Part shown: positions 63,947 to 64,000 of the stretch, in pieces
How the letters are laid out: each line of letters starts with the position of its first letter
Numbering within the stretch: the first letter of the stretch is position 1
Assembly: GCA_030141605.1 (NCBI GenBank)
Contig: JAQGDQ010000487.1
Location: forward strand, 104,075-168,074
DNA length: 64,000 nt
From: Tubiluchus corallicola
Lineage: Eukaryota > Animalia > Priapulida
Direction of reading: 5' to 3'
Notes under the pieces: generated by a model
What the model was told of the DNA's origin: nothing
Databases searched by the model: none
The model's input: the letters and a program-made list of their open reading frames with translations, nothing else
Made by a program: the position numbers and the translations under genes

Positions 63947-64000
63947 CTGTAAACATTTACAGACTTTACAATAACAGCTTATTTGCAATTTTATCGCGTG

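Overview
AT-rich, intron-rich animal (most likely invertebrate) genomic DNA; not prokaryotic, and there is no CRISPR array, rRNA or convincing tRNA gene. Reading splice sites by hand gives four protein-coding genes whose exons join in frame. (1) A minus-strand RUFY-family RUN/coiled-coil/FYVE gene (15 coding exons, 31575->4827, about 660 aa). It has a second phase-compatible first coding exon (37131-36942), a candidate FYVE-less terminal exon (17498-17420) and a candidate 15-nt microexon. (2) A plus-strand ICAP1/ITGB1BP1-like PTB-domain gene (41746-46643) lying head-to-head with RUFY, starting MGNC and with a possible extended C-terminus through a 40-nt intron. (3) A plus-strand, probably GPI-anchored Ly6/uPAR three-finger gene (51496-57585). 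(4) The last three coding exons of DSCC1/DCC1 on the minus strand (63946->60657). Introns are filled with MITEs (Kolobok-like TTAA, Tc1/pogo-like TA, hAT with 8-bp TSD, Sola1-like), LINE 3' fragments, tRNA-derived SINE heads and mini/microsatellites. The most notable signals concern gene architecture: tandem duplications that copy splice sites, including a possible intron gain in DSCC1, and one RUFY locus that appears to encode both FYVE-containing and FYVE-less isoforms. Family assignments come from recalled sequence similarity, not from database searches.
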